DNA from: Spirochaetaceae bacterium
GTDB taxonomy: Bacteria; Spirochaetota; Spirochaetia; DSM-2461
NCBI GenBank assembly: GCA_051531975.1
Contig: JAOPTT010000008.1
Location: 32,001-96,000 of the forward strand
Reading direction: 5' to 3'
DNA length: 64,000 bases
Part shown: one piece after another, positions 19,151-29,411 of the stretch
How the letters are laid out: the number at the start of each line of letters is the position of its first letter
How positions within the stretch are numbered: position 1 is the stretch's first letter
Position numbers and translations under genes: made by a program
The notes under the pieces: model-generated
Told to the model about the DNA's origin: nothing
Databases searched by the model: none
Seen by the model: the letters and a program-made list of their open reading frames with translations, nothing else

Positions 19151-20450
19151 CTAATATAGTGAGTAATAAAATTATAGAAAATATTATAAACATATCTTTT
19201 TGCATAGCTCCCCATATTATATATAAAGATCCAGCTGTAGCCAATAAAGGAGCAATAAATCTTGCAAATATATTTAATTCTTTAAAAGTTCTTATTACCC
19301 ATATATAAATTGCAATGTATATTAAATAAAGATAAGCAATTGGTAATTCTGATATATCCATAAATCCACCAAACCAACCAGCAAAGTTACCATACCATAC
19401 TGTTAGCCAAACTAAAGAGATAACAAAAGCTACAATTCCTGAATTTACACAACTATTTGTTTTAGGATTAATCTTTTTAAAAAGATCTCTTTTAACGCCC
19501 ATATCCCTAACTGCAATTGAGTAATAACCTCTTGTTGCACCCATTATAATACCATTTAATGTTCCTAAACATGAGATCACCACAAATACTGTTAATACAG
19601 TTCCTGCAATATCACCTAGAAATTTTGATATTACAATAATTGGTGAGTCGTCTCCATATTGTAAAACTTCCTGATTTGTTAATACTCCTGATATTCCTAA
19701 ATAATATAGAATATATATACACATAACAAAAATTGTTCCAAAGACAAGTGCTCTTGGTAGTGTTTTTTTTGCATCTTTAATCTCTGAATTTATTGTTGTT
19801 GCTATGATCCATCCTTCATAAGCAAAAGCCGTGGATAACGTTGCTACAGCTAATCCACCACCAGTTGATACTGATATGGCACTCTCTTTAAAGCTTTCTA
19901 TAGATTGACCAGATACTAAACCATAAATTAATCCTACGATACCTATCGTTGCTAATGGTATTAACTTAATGATTGTTGTACTAATTTGAAATTTCCCTGC
20001 TATTACAGGAGATAGAATATTTAATAAGTAGAAAAGAGCTAAATAGCTAAAAGATATAATCCATATTGCACTTTCGATGTTAAATAGGGTGCAAGTATAA
20101 CGTGCTGCAACCCAAGCTAATACTGCTGCTAATGTGGTATAGTACATATTAGACATAAACCAAGCTATGTAGTAACCTGCTTTTTTCCCATATGCAGCTT
20201 CAAAGTAATCCACAATACCATTTATTTTCTCTACTTTTGTCGCTATTTTAGAAAAAACATATGCAGTAACCACCATAATGATTCCACCAATTAACCACGC
20301 AATAATAGCAACAGGTAGTGACCCACCTGAAGCTTTTAATACATCATCCGCCTTAAAAAAAACTCCAGAACCTATAACTATTCCTATAACCATAGCAGTA
20401 GTTGTCCAGAAACCATATTTCTTCACTAATTCATTCATAAGCACTAACAT
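19116..20450 (-). CDS. APC family amino acid permease
   Basis: GIVIGSGVFF and FAYEGW motifs; about 12 TM segments. Confidence 0.92.
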   Translation of the reverse strand: MLVLMNELVKKYGFWTTTAMVIGIVIGSGVFFKADDVLKASGGSLPVAIIAWLIGGIIMVVTAYVFSKIATKVEKINGIVDYFEAAYGKKAGYYIAWFMSNMYYTTLAAVLAWVAARYTCTLFNIESAIWIISFSYLALFYLLNILSPVIAGKFQISTTIIKLIPLATIGIVGLIYGLVSGQSIESFKESAISVSTGGGLAVATLSTAFAYEGWIIATTINSEIKDAKKTLPRALVFGTIFVMCIYILYYLGISGVLTNQEVLQYGDDSPIIVISKFLGDIAGTVLTVFVVISCLGTLNGIIMGATRGYYSIAVRDMGVKRDLFKKINPKTNSCVNSGIVAFVISLVWLTVWYGNFAGWFGGFMDISELPIAYLYLIYIAIYIWVIRTFKELNIFARFIAPLLATAGSLYIIWGAMQKDMFIIFSIILLLTILVGYFLSGKKTV

Positions 20451-20553
20451 ACTACATATATTACGTTTTGCGCAATAATAATATGCATATTATGATTTAT
20501 ACGAATAACAAATATAAAATCCATTGATAAACGTAATTACTAATTTTTTAAGT

Positions 20554-20793
20554 CTATATTACTATTAGTTCAACTTTTGTATCGCTTATAGCTTCAATCT
20601 TAGATTTTTTTTCAGCACCAAATTCTTTTTTTGTTACTTGTAATACTATTAAACCCTTAGATGATGCCTCATCGTAATCGTGTAGTCCTAGTCTAACTTT
20701 TATAGCTTTTCCATACTCAGTTAATACTTTTTGAACTTCTACAGCTGATTCATCTCTGTTTCCAACTTTAATTAATACTATGTAGTTTTCCAT
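20554..20793 (-). CDS. TM1266-like (iron-only hydrogenase regulator-like, ACT-fold) small protein
   Basis: NRDESAVEVQKVLTEYG..IKVRLGL pattern; AGGGG RBS. Confidence 0.7.
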   Translation of the reverse strand: MENYIVLIKVGNRDESAVEVQKVLTEYGKAIKVRLGLHDYDEASSKGLIVLQVTKKEFGAEKKSKIEAISDTKVELIVI

Positions 20794-20862
20794 TTAATTC
20801 CCCTTATATATCGACAATTGTAGTTCAATTTAACTTTATTACGATAGATAAATTATTATGTG

Positions 20863-20895
20863 GAAAAATAAAGGCAAGGGAGAGTTCCCCCGCCT
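20863..20895 (-). terminator. Intrinsic terminator of GH8 gene
   Basis: - strand AGGCGGGGGA-ACTC-TCCCTTGCCT followed by a T-rich tail. Confidence 0.7.
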
Positions 20896-20919
20896 AATGA
20901 CTCAAGTTAATATTAATGA

Positions 20920-22470
20920 TTATTTATATGCTACAGATATTGCTGCACCTAGTCTTACAGTATCGTCAAAGTAATTATAAAATCCTTTGTCAGCATTTAC
21001 ACTCCCAATTTGATTCCACTTATCATCTCCACTAACAATGTCTGTTACATATAGACTCCAATAATTATTAAGAGCGATTTCATCATTTAATGCTTTTGCT
21101 GAAACCATAAACGGTGCATCAAATACCATTGAACCATAATCTGAATATGGAAGAACATTACCATCTAAGTCAAATCCAGCCATAACAGCTCCATCTGTTC
21201 TGTTTTCAGGTTTTTGTGCCCAAGCAAACCACTTAGTAATAACATCTTCAATTTTACTGTTCTTTACTCCAACTGCTAATGGTGCTGATATTCTCCATGG
21301 AGTTCTAGAAGCATTAAAATAATAGTTACCATCATTTTCACCTTCTAAGAAAGGCAAACTACCATTAGTAAATCCTAAACTTTTTGCTTCTTGAACCGAC
21401 GGAAGAGGTCTAGACCAAAGAGTATCTACACTACTTGAGTTTTCACTAAAATAAATAAAATCTGGGAGTAATCCGTCAACTGTTGCACAATCTTCAATTG
21501 CTTTAACTGTTGTATCGTAAACTTTCTGCCATGCATTTTTATGTGATGTATCAAATTTCTTAAATGCTAGAATATTTATTAGCTGAAAGTCACTTGTTCT
21601 TGCAACACGACTATAGTCAAAGTTCTCCCAGTTTTCTCCGTCGTATATATCCCCTTCTACATCCGTATCTCCAATTTTAAGATAATTAAATTTAGAATGA
21701 ACAACAAAAGTTCTAATAGCATCGATAGCTCTTTGTGCTGCTACACCATATTTACCATCACCCCATCCATTATCGTTAGCTAGAATTAATGCATATGCAA
21801 TATCTAAATCACCATCTGTAGCTGCATCAGATCCTTCAACTAAAATAGGTGATGTTGCTGTTGATCCTGGACTAGGCAGTAACATCTGTTTAGTTGGTCT
21901 TGATGTAGATGGGTCATAGGAAGGGAAATAATTTGATGATTTTTCACCATATTCAAAATCATTAAATCTTATAGCCCATTTCATGAAACCATTGTCATTT
22001 AAGAACTTAATGTAAAACTTATATAGTTCCTCAAAAAGAACTTCGTCCCCCATTTGGGCTGCTGCTAACATACCATAACCATGAGCTTCCGAAACAGTTA
22101 ATCTATTTGGATGATCTTCTGATCCACCATAGATTACTCCATTGGCATTAGAGCCTGTAAAAACTGTATTAGAACTGCCCTCTGCATCATTCCAAGACTG
22201 TGGACCATTATAATAAACATATGCATCAGAGTAGATCTGTTCTTGGTCAGTATCCAATTGCACTGTAGTAAATATGTATTTAGCCTTCCATGCTTCATAC
22301 AATACTTTTACTTCTGCAAGTTTTGTAGAATCAAAAACCATATCCGGTAGATCAGTTTCTACTACGGCTTCATCCATTGTAGTCTCTACCTTAGATAACA
22401 TTACACAACTATTTATTGTTAAAACAGTAATTCCAAAAGCTAAAAAGAGTTTTACAAAACCTTTATTCAT
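20920..22470 (-). CDS. Glycoside hydrolase family 8 (probable lipoprotein)
   Basis: TVSEAHGYGM, ATDGDLDIAYALILA, RTSDF, GLLPDF and NASRTPWR GH8 motifs; INSC lipobox. Confidence 0.88.
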   Translation of the reverse strand: MNKGFVKLFLAFGITVLTINSCVMLSKVETTMDEAVVETDLPDMVFDSTKLAEVKVLYEAWKAKYIFTTVQLDTDQEQIYSDAYVYYNGPQSWNDAEGSSNTVFTGSNANGVIYGGSEDHPNRLTVSEAHGYGMLAAAQMGDEVLFEELYKFYIKFLNDNGFMKWAIRFNDFEYGEKSSNYFPSYDPSTSRPTKQMLLPSPGSTATSPILVEGSDAATDGDLDIAYALILANDNGWGDGKYGVAAQRAIDAIRTFVVHSKFNYLKIGDTDVEGDIYDGENWENFDYSRVARTSDFQLINILAFKKFDTSHKNAWQKVYDTTVKAIEDCATVDGLLPDFIYFSENSSSVDTLWSRPLPSVQEAKSLGFTNGSLPFLEGENDGNYYFNASRTPWRISAPLAVGVKNSKIEDVITKWFAWAQKPENRTDGAVMAGFDLDGNVLPYSDYGSMVFDAPFMVSAKALNDEIALNNYWSLYVTDIVSGDDKWNQIGSVNADKGFYNYFDDTVRLGAAISVAYK

Positions 22471-22704
22471 TTATGTCTCCTACTTCATGCCTTCCGTACT
22501 TTCACGTTAAAGCACATTCTTAGACAGTATATAGCCACTTTTGTTTTCACGTCAAACCAATTTTATGATAATTTAAATTACCAAAGAATAACATGTGGTA
22601 ATATAGTTTCAGTAAAATAATAATTTACCACTTTATATATAGCTAAAAAAAATTATATGCTTACTAATACTAACAATATTAAAATAATTTCTTGGGAGGA
22701 AAAT

Positions 22705-23112
22705 ATGAATTATTCTGTAACAATTTATTCAATATTATTTAATAATAACAATGAATTTTTAACTCTTAAATATACAAATGGAGATTGGGCATTTCCTGGG
22801 GGACATTTAGAAAGTGGAGAGAACTGGAAAAAGGCTCTGTTAAGAGAAATTAATGAGGAGATAGGAGTTAAAGACAATAGTATTTCTATAATTCACCCTA
22901 TCTTTATTGATAATTGGCAATATGATCAAAAAGAGTATTTTGGGTCTGTTTTATTTGGGAAAATTTATTCTAATGATATTAAATTATCAGATGAACATTC
23001 AGAGTATAAATGGGTGAATCAAAAATCTTGTAGGAACTTAACACCTCAATATAGTACCTTTTTTGATATTGTTGATAACGCATATAAATACTTGGAACAA
23101 TCTAGAGACTAA
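22705..23112 (+). CDS. NUDIX hydrolase
   Basis: GGHLESGENWKKALLREINEEIG Nudix box; start after GGAGG. Confidence 0.9.
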   Translation: MNYSVTIYSILFNNNNEFLTLKYTNGDWAFPGGHLESGENWKKALLREINEEIGVKDNSISIIHPIFIDNWQYDQKEYFGSVLFGKIYSNDIKLSDEHSEYKWVNQKSCRNLTPQYSTFFDIVDNAYKYLEQSRD

Positions 23113-23319
23113 CGTCCCCCATGACATTTAGAAACATAAAACAAACTGATTGAAGTATCAAATTCTCCAGCTCAAAAAATGCTAGAAAAAGGTGTTATCA
23201 TTAAAACAATATTGAGAATATAATTAACATAAGACTATAAAGTGACCTTAAATAAAATAATGCTTTTGTTATATATCAATTTAGAATAAACTTAAATAAA
23301 AGTAATTAAAGGATAATGT

Positions 23320-23760
23320 ATGAATAAAAAAGTATTTTTTTTGATGATCATAATAATTGGAGGCTCTCAACTCTTTTCAAGTTCATATACTGATAAAAAA
23401 ATTGCTAAATTTGTAGATGAACTAAAAGAACAAAAATATGAACTTGCAATTGTACACTTACTTGCAAACTCAGCCCTTGAAAGTATAGTAATAGATAATC
23501 AAAGTACAATGAAAGATTGGATTAATAAATTAGAATCAATTCATCAATATTATGGAGATTATTTAAGTTTTGAAAAAGTAAGCACTACAAAGTTAGGCGA
23601 ATTAGAACAAACCATATATTTAGTTTATTGTGAATTTTATGCAATACAAGTAATAATTGCAGAATATAATAATGGGAAACAAATAAATATAATTAATATG
23701 GAATTCGATGATGAAGTTATTGATACTTTAAATACATATGGGACTACTAAGTTACATTAA
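23320..23760 (+). CDS. Hypothetical secreted protein
   Basis: 146 aa with signal peptide; AAGGA RBS. Confidence 0.75.
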   Translation: MNKKVFFLMIIIIGGSQLFSSSYTDKKIAKFVDELKEQKYELAIVHLLANSALESIVIDNQSTMKDWINKLESIHQYYGDYLSFEKVSTTKLGELEQTIYLVYCEFYAIQVIIAEYNNGKQINIINMEFDDEVIDTLNTYGTTKLH

Positions 23761-23769
23761 TAATTGTAA

Positions 23770-24417
23770 ATGGTTAAAATGCAATTTAAAGTACCTAATA
23801 GAATTAATAGAAATATAAAAAAACTCATCAAAAAAATTAATATTGAATCAAAAACTGAGTATATTACTGTAGAAACTGAGATCCTCAGCGATAATGAAGA
23901 TTGTTTTATGAATGTTAAAAATAAAATAAAGCGTGATGGTGGAGACATAAAATACGGTTGGCAAATAGTAGAAGATCCATTTTATTTAGAAGCAAAATAC
24001 TATTGTATTTGGGAAAGTCCTAATGGCAAACTGTTCGATATATCTCCTAGATCAAAGGGTTTTAAGAAAACCTTATTTGTCCATGACAGAGACAATATTA
24101 ATACAGGAATTAATACTAGAAGTATAAGAATTAATACATCTAAGAATCCTCTTGTAGATGACTTTTTAATAATGTTTAATACAATTGAATCAATCACAAA
24201 TTCATATAATATTAAAAATAACATTGTTGTATCTAGTTCATCAACAAACTATAACGACTTATACCATTATTTAATGAAAGCTAAAGGATTTTTATCCATA
24301 ATGATAATTAGTTCAGAATCAGATTTATCAATGAATTGTTACTGTGGTAGTGGTATTTCATATGAACAATGCCATAGACCTGAATTATTACATATATGTT
24401 CAGATATTATTGATTAA
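23770..24417 (+). CDS. SEC-C motif-containing protein
   Basis: C-terminal CYCGSGISYEQCH; CFMNV...GG...YGW...WESPNG..DISP core. Confidence 0.8.
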   Translation: MVKMQFKVPNRINRNIKKLIKKINIESKTEYITVETEILSDNEDCFMNVKNKIKRDGGDIKYGWQIVEDPFYLEAKYYCIWESPNGKLFDISPRSKGFKKTLFVHDRDNINTGINTRSIRINTSKNPLVDDFLIMFNTIESITNSYNIKNNIVVSSSSTNYNDLYHYLMKAKGFLSIMIISSESDLSMNCYCGSGISYEQCHRPELLHICSDIID

Positions 24418-24556
24418 TAAAAAGATGTTAGTGTAATTAATAGCAAACTTCTCGTAATACTTTCAGTTGTTAAAATATAATTTATATCAAATTGAAAAAA
24501 AAGATTGTTTACATACAGATTGTATTCTCTTAGTCTTTAAATCAAGGATGTAATAA

Positions 24557-25045
24557 TTGTTTTTAAAGCTAACTAAAGAAAAAATTGAATATATTTTTAA
24601 ATTTGTACTCTTCTATAATATATACAGTAATTTACTGATTGGTATCACTGCAATTATTATAGTATTGAATATTTGGATTATGGGGTTAGGTATTGGAAAT
24701 TATATACAACTCCTTATTCACTTAATTTCAATTGCACTGTCACTTTATTTACTTTTTAAAGCTATTCTAATTTCTTCAACCTACAAGAAAAAGTGGAAGT
24801 TTTATTCAATTACAAAATTAAAAATTAAACGAGATGGATTTAAACATACCTATTTTAAGTCTTCAATGTATGAACCATGTATGAGAATTATAACATGGGA
24901 TATTTTAAGGCAAAACAATTTGTCCTCTGAGTATACAAAAATAAAAGAATTATATTGCAAATTAGATTTCAATCTCGAAACAGAAAAAGACAAGTTAATA
25001 AAAGAGTTAAATATACTTGGTGCAGATAGCATTAAGTTTAATTAA
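24557..25045 (+). CDS. Hypothetical membrane protein
   Basis: TTG start after AAGGA; two hydrophobic helices. Confidence 0.7.
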   Translation: MFLKLTKEKIEYIFKFVLFYNIYSNLLIGITAIIIVLNIWIMGLGIGNYIQLLIHLISIALSLYLLFKAILISSTYKKKWKFYSITKLKIKRDGFKHTYFKSSMYEPCMRIITWDILRQNNLSSEYTKIKELYCKLDFNLETEKDKLIKELNILGADSIKFN

Positions 25046-25061
25046 AACATTGGAGGTTTTA

Positions 25062-25256
25062 ATGGCAAAACAATTTAAAGTAGAAACAATCAAGGCGGGG
25101 TTATTTACAGCAACACTTGAAGCTGAATCACTTGAGAAAACAATTGAAAAGATGAGTGCTGAGGGTTGGGATTTTAAAAACTGTCAGGATGTCGTAGGAA
25201 GAAGATGTGGATGTGTTCCATATCCAATAGTTTGGGCAATTTTTGAAAAAGGATGA
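25062..25256 (+). CDS. DUF4177-like small protein
   Basis: GGAGG RBS; LEKTIEKMSAEGWDF...IFEK pattern; unusual RRCGC insert. Confidence 0.75.
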   Translation: MAKQFKVETIKAGLFTATLEAESLEKTIEKMSAEGWDFKNCQDVVGRRCGCVPYPIVWAIFEKG

Positions 25257-25263
25257 TTGTATT

Positions 25264-25295
25264 TAAGGAGTTCTAAATTGAACTCCTTATTTTTT
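25264..25295. terminator. Intrinsic terminator between convergent genes
   Basis: TAAGGAGTTC-TAAATT-GAACTCCTTA followed by a T run. Confidence 0.8.
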
Positions 25296-25299
25296 GGAA

Positions 25300-26412
25300 T
25301 TATGGGCTTAATTTATAAAGAGCACCCTGATTTTCATCTGTAAGAATATATATAACTCCATCAGGTCCTGATCTTACATCTCGGATTCTTCCTATTATAT
25401 TCTTTAATAAAACTTCCTGATGAATGACTGTATTACCCTCTACTTCAAGTCTACGTAGATGTTTTCCTGCCAGTGCTCCTACAAAAAGATTTCCTTTCCA
25501 TTTAGGAAATAAATTACCGTTGTAAAATGTCATACCTGACGGAGCAATTGAAGGTATCCAATAGATAACAGGTTGTTCCATACCAGGCAAAGATGTTTTA
25601 TTAGAAATAATAGTACCATTATAGTCTATACCGTAAGTTATCAGAGGCCACCCATAATTAGCACCAGGTTTTATTATATTTATTTCATCTCCACCTTTGG
25701 GTCCGTGTTCATGAAGCCAGATGTCACCTGTTAATTGATTAAGTACTATCCCCTGGGAGTTTCTATGACCGTAACTATAAATTTCAGGCAGATAATTATC
25801 ACTACCAAAGAATGGATTATCCTCTGGTGGATATCCATGGACATCAATTCGTATAACTGAACCCCCATGGTGTGCTAGATTCTGAGCATTCTCCATCTGC
25901 CCTCTTTCTCCTAGAGTTATATAGAGATAACCATCTGCTCCAAATACAAGCCTGGATCCAAAATGATAACCACCTGTACTTTTAGGTTCAGCTCTAAATA
26001 TAACTTTCATATTTTTCAATTTCCCATCTTCCAATACTGATTTGGCAACTACTGTACCATAAGTATCCCCTTGGGCTTCAACATAAGAAAAATATACTGT
26101 TTTATTTAAGAGAAAATCTGGATCAGATATGATATCCAACATTCCTCCCTGCCCTATAGCAGCAATTTGAGGTAAACCAATAATTTCTTGAAGATGATTA
26201 TCTTTATAAATGTATAACTTCCCCGGTCTTTCGGTTATTAGAATTCCTTGTTCTTCCGGGAGTACTGATAGTGACCAGGGATGCTCCAAATTGTCAACTA
26301 ATATGGAGATAGTAAAGTCTTCTTTTTCAGATACAAACTTTTTACCATTAATTCCCTGAGAGAAAAGAGTAGAGCTAAAAATTAGAAATATAACAATATT
26401 TACAACTTTCAT
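25300..26412 (-). CDS. PQQ-dependent sugar dehydrogenase (YliI/GSDH family)
   Basis: LEHPW, TERPG, GQGGMLD, HFGSR, YGHRNSQG, EHGPKGGDE, GRIRDV. Confidence 0.92.
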   Translation of the reverse strand: MKVVNIVIFLIFSSTLFSQGINGKKFVSEKEDFTISILVDNLEHPWSLSVLPEEQGILITERPGKLYIYKDNHLQEIIGLPQIAAIGQGGMLDIISDPDFLLNKTVYFSYVEAQGDTYGTVVAKSVLEDGKLKNMKVIFRAEPKSTGGYHFGSRLVFGADGYLYITLGERGQMENAQNLAHHGGSVIRIDVHGYPPEDNPFFGSDNYLPEIYSYGHRNSQGIVLNQLTGDIWLHEHGPKGGDEINIIKPGANYGWPLITYGIDYNGTIISNKTSLPGMEQPVIYWIPSIAPSGMTFYNGNLFPKWKGNLFVGALAGKHLRRLEVEGNTVIHQEVLLKNIIGRIRDVRSGPDGVIYILTDENQGALYKLSP

Positions 26413-26568
26413 AATTATAATTTAATAATAAAACAGTGGATATGCAAATATTAATTTCTATATTTTGATTTCGATATAAAAAATAGTAAGATATCATAAA
26501 CCAATAAATTATAGGTTATCTCAATTTAATCTATATATAATAGCGAAACCCAATATGGAGGACTGAAA

Positions 26569-26991
26569 ATGATTGAATACAAAACTGAGATAGACAACTC
26601 TGAATGGGATATACTTGTTGACCTTTATGATGAAACAAATATGTTCCTTGGCCTTGGAAGAAATCGGGATACTGATAAAATCCGCCGAGCTTATGAAAAA
26701 AGCTATAGATATGTAATAGCTTGGGATTCTAATAAAATAATTGGAGCTGGAAGGATGATCTCTGATGGGGAATGTTATGCCTGGATTCATGATGTAGCAG
26801 TTTTGTCTTCATATCGAAAACAAGGTATAGGACGTGGAATTCTGGATAAACTTATGGAAGGCAATGAAGGGTTATTAATTGGACTAACCTCTTCTTTTGA
26901 AGCGATAGATTTTTATTCAAAGTTAGGTTTCAATAAACACAAGACAGCTATGGCAAAATATCCAGGACGTTCAGATTATCTTGAATATTAA
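26569..26991 (+). CDS. GNAT family N-acetyltransferase
   Basis: DVAVLSSYRKQGIGR...FYSKLGF; GGAGG RBS. Confidence 0.88.
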   Translation: MIEYKTEIDNSEWDILVDLYDETNMFLGLGRNRDTDKIRRAYEKSYRYVIAWDSNKIIGAGRMISDGECYAWIHDVAVLSSYRKQGIGRGILDKLMEGNEGLLIGLTSSFEAIDFYSKLGFNKHKTAMAKYPGRSDYLEY

Positions 26992-27022
26992 TTTTAAATC
27001 ATTTTAACTAGTTTTAATAATA

Positions 27023-27055
27023 GCAAAGCAGCATATAGATAAAATACTGCTTTGC
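27023..27055. terminator. Hairpin between convergent genes
   Basis: GCAAAGCAG...CTGCTTTGC inverted repeat. Confidence 0.55.
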
Positions 27056-27075
27056 CTCGTAATTTTGATAGTCCC

Positions 27076-29019
27076 TTATGAAACCATCCCCCTTTTACTC
27101 ATGATATATAGAGCTTTATTTAATGGATCTGGAAATATTTTTTTACTCTCCCTTTTTATATTTTCAACTGCAGCTGTATAACAGGAAAACCATGATACCA
27201 TTATCCCCTTTCCACTAGTGTAATCCGCTAATTCTATTGTGTAGTCCCTGGATGTTTCAACAGGAATTACACCTTGAATAGAGACAACTTCAGAAATTGT
27301 AACAGGGTCGCTAAACTCAGCTTTCATCTTTAATAAATCAGATACAGCCTTACCATAAAAGAGTTCAGGAACTTTCAATTCAAAATCCAGTACCGGCCAT
27401 AATAGTGTTGTTCCACCTTTATTTAAAGCTTCAAGAACAAGCATAGGTGCAACATCCCTAAAATCTGATGGGGTTGTTGGTGGTTTATATTCTACCTTTG
27501 TTACTGTAACAATAAGGTCCGTAACCTGCCATCCTTTTAATCCCTGCCTAACAGCAGATTTTATACCGTCATCTATCCCATGCCACATAGGTGTTGGCAG
27601 ATTACTAGTTCGAACCTCACGATTTATCTTTAAACCGGACCCCTGTTCTGCCTTTTCAACTCTTAAACCCAATGTTACCCAATATGGATTTCCATCATGT
27701 AGCATCTCCATAACGGCTTCCCCAGAACCTACTGGAGTTTCCTTATAAATTACCATCTGCTCAAGGATTTCCACTTCCACATCATATGATTCAAGTAGAA
27801 TATCCTTTACTATATCGATCTGAACCTCTCCGAAGAAATTTAAATATATCTCCTCATGACCCTCATGAAGTTCATATTCTAAAAAGGGATCCCCCTCAGC
27901 TATTTTATTGACACCTTGAACAAGGGCAGATTTCTGGTCTGGGTTAATTGCTTTAATTCCTGCTTTTAGGGTTGGAGTACCAAGAGAGATGTGTTTCATA
28001 TTATGAACATTCCCTATGACATCTCCAATTTTTAAATCTACCCCATAGATAATTCCAATATCTCCCTTAAGTAGATAGTCACAACTAATTTCTTTCCCAC
28101 CTTGAAGAATCTCGATTTTACTAATTTTTGACTCCTCTACGATGTCCCTGATACTTAATTTGCCACATTCCAATTTAATATAGAACTTTTTAATACCCTT
28201 TTTTGTCCGCGTTATTTTGAAAACTTTAAAACCTACTTCACCAGAATCACTCATCAAAGTTGCAGGAAGAAATAGTTCAATTGCTTCCACGAGCTCTTCT
28301 ATACCTTTTCCAGATAAAGCACTTCCAAAAAGAAGAGGATATACAATTCCCTTCTTTGAAAATTTGACTATAGATTTAGTTAAGCTTTGTATTGGGATTT
28401 TTCTATCATTAACATAATCATCTAAAATTTTAATATCATGATCTGCAATAATATCAATAGCTTTTTTTTTATCATTACAAAACAGTTTAGAAACCTCTGC
28501 ATCTTTTGAGCCCTCTGAAAAAACCTCTTGGAGAGATATAACATTTTTGGATAGAGATTTTTTTACTTCAGATATTACAGCTGTTGTATCAGAACCAAGG
28601 CGATCTATTTTATTTATGAAAATAATAAATGGAATACCTAGTTTTTTAAGAGAATGAAATAACAGATAAGTATGAGCCTGTACTCCCTCTTTTGCTGAAA
28701 GGACTAAAATTGCTCCATCTAATACAGTCATAGATCTTTCAACTTCTGCTACAAAATCTGTATGCCCAGGTGTGTCGATGAGATTGACTTTAATGTCATT
28801 TATTGGGAAAGATACAGGTTGGGCCTGAATAGTGATTCCACGCTTTTTTTCCTGTGACATGGAGTCTGTAATTGTATCTCCATGATCTACTCTTCCTGTT
28901 TTATTGATTACACCCATTGTATATAAAAGGTGTTCTGTAATTGTGGTTTTGCCTGCATCTACATGGGCAAAAATTCCAATATTTAATACTTTTTGATTAA
29001 CTTTATATGTAGTAACCAT
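27076..29019 (-). CDS. TetM/TetW/TetO-like ribosomal protection protein (EF-G-like GTPase)
   Basis: NIGIFAHVDAGKTT, RGITI, DTPGHTDF, NKID; 647 aa; domain IV loop YKPPTTPSDFR resembles the RPP signature YSPVSTPADFR. Confidence 0.85.
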   Translation of the reverse strand: MVTTYKVNQKVLNIGIFAHVDAGKTTITEHLLYTMGVINKTGRVDHGDTITDSMSQEKKRGITIQAQPVSFPINDIKVNLIDTPGHTDFVAEVERSMTVLDGAILVLSAKEGVQAHTYLLFHSLKKLGIPFIIFINKIDRLGSDTTAVISEVKKSLSKNVISLQEVFSEGSKDAEVSKLFCNDKKKAIDIIADHDIKILDDYVNDRKIPIQSLTKSIVKFSKKGIVYPLLFGSALSGKGIEELVEAIELFLPATLMSDSGEVGFKVFKITRTKKGIKKFYIKLECGKLSIRDIVEESKISKIEILQGGKEISCDYLLKGDIGIIYGVDLKIGDVIGNVHNMKHISLGTPTLKAGIKAINPDQKSALVQGVNKIAEGDPFLEYELHEGHEEIYLNFFGEVQIDIVKDILLESYDVEVEILEQMVIYKETPVGSGEAVMEMLHDGNPYWVTLGLRVEKAEQGSGLKINREVRTSNLPTPMWHGIDDGIKSAVRQGLKGWQVTDLIVTVTKVEYKPPTTPSDFRDVAPMLVLEALNKGGTTLLWPVLDFELKVPELFYGKAVSDLLKMKAEFSDPVTISEVVSIQGVIPVETSRDYTIELADYTSGKGIMVSWFSCYTAAVENIKRESKKIFPDPLNKALYIMSKRGMVS

Positions 29020-29020
29020 T

Positions 29021-29112
29021 CTGTTCTTTTTCCTTGTTTGTCGACAGGCTAGAACAGTCCGGGTTAATGTAAAAATTTTCTAAAATTATAGAAAACTTTT
29101 TCCAATCTCCGG
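29021..29112 (-). promoter_or_regulatory. Attenuator-like hairpins, one sequestering the RPP ribosome-binding site
   Basis: - strand CTGTTCT..CCTGT...ACAAGG..AGAACAG stem encloses AAGGA and ends 1 nt before the ATG; upstream AAAAAGTTTTCTA/TAGAAAATTTTT stem spans the leader stop. Confidence 0.6.
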
Positions 29113-29181
29113 ATTTCCACCTATTGACTCATGTGTTAGTTTTTTCATGATGTTTCCTTTTTGATTGTTATTGTTGCACAT
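29086..29181 (-). CDS. Putative leader peptide of the RPP gene (31 aa, or 20 aa from the second ATG at 29148)
   Basis: GAGGGG RBS, then MCNNNNQKGNIMKKLTHESIGGNPEIGKSFL-stop; ends 66 nt before the RPP start. Confidence 0.6.
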   Translation of the reverse strand: MCNNNNQKGNIMKKLTHESIGGNPEIGKSFL

Positions 29182-29411
29182 AGATGTTCCCCTCAGAATC
29201 GAATATTTTGTTTTATCATCTAGGATGATTAATTTAGAATAAACCTTAAATTGTTTTGTAGCAATATTATTTTGGATTGAAAAAAAGTTATTTTAGAGAG
29301 TATAAAAGTATTTTACTGTTTATACAGTGTGAAGTAGTATTAGAAATAGATGTAATAAAACATTGTAAAATGTAAAGAAATATAAAATACCAATTATAAA
29401 AGGAGTTTACT

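Noticed and set aside
27076..29019. Calling the GTPase fusA (EF-G) or a specific tet allele
   Set aside because: Length and the domain IV loop fit the RPP family, but the sequence is too divergent to name an allele by eye.
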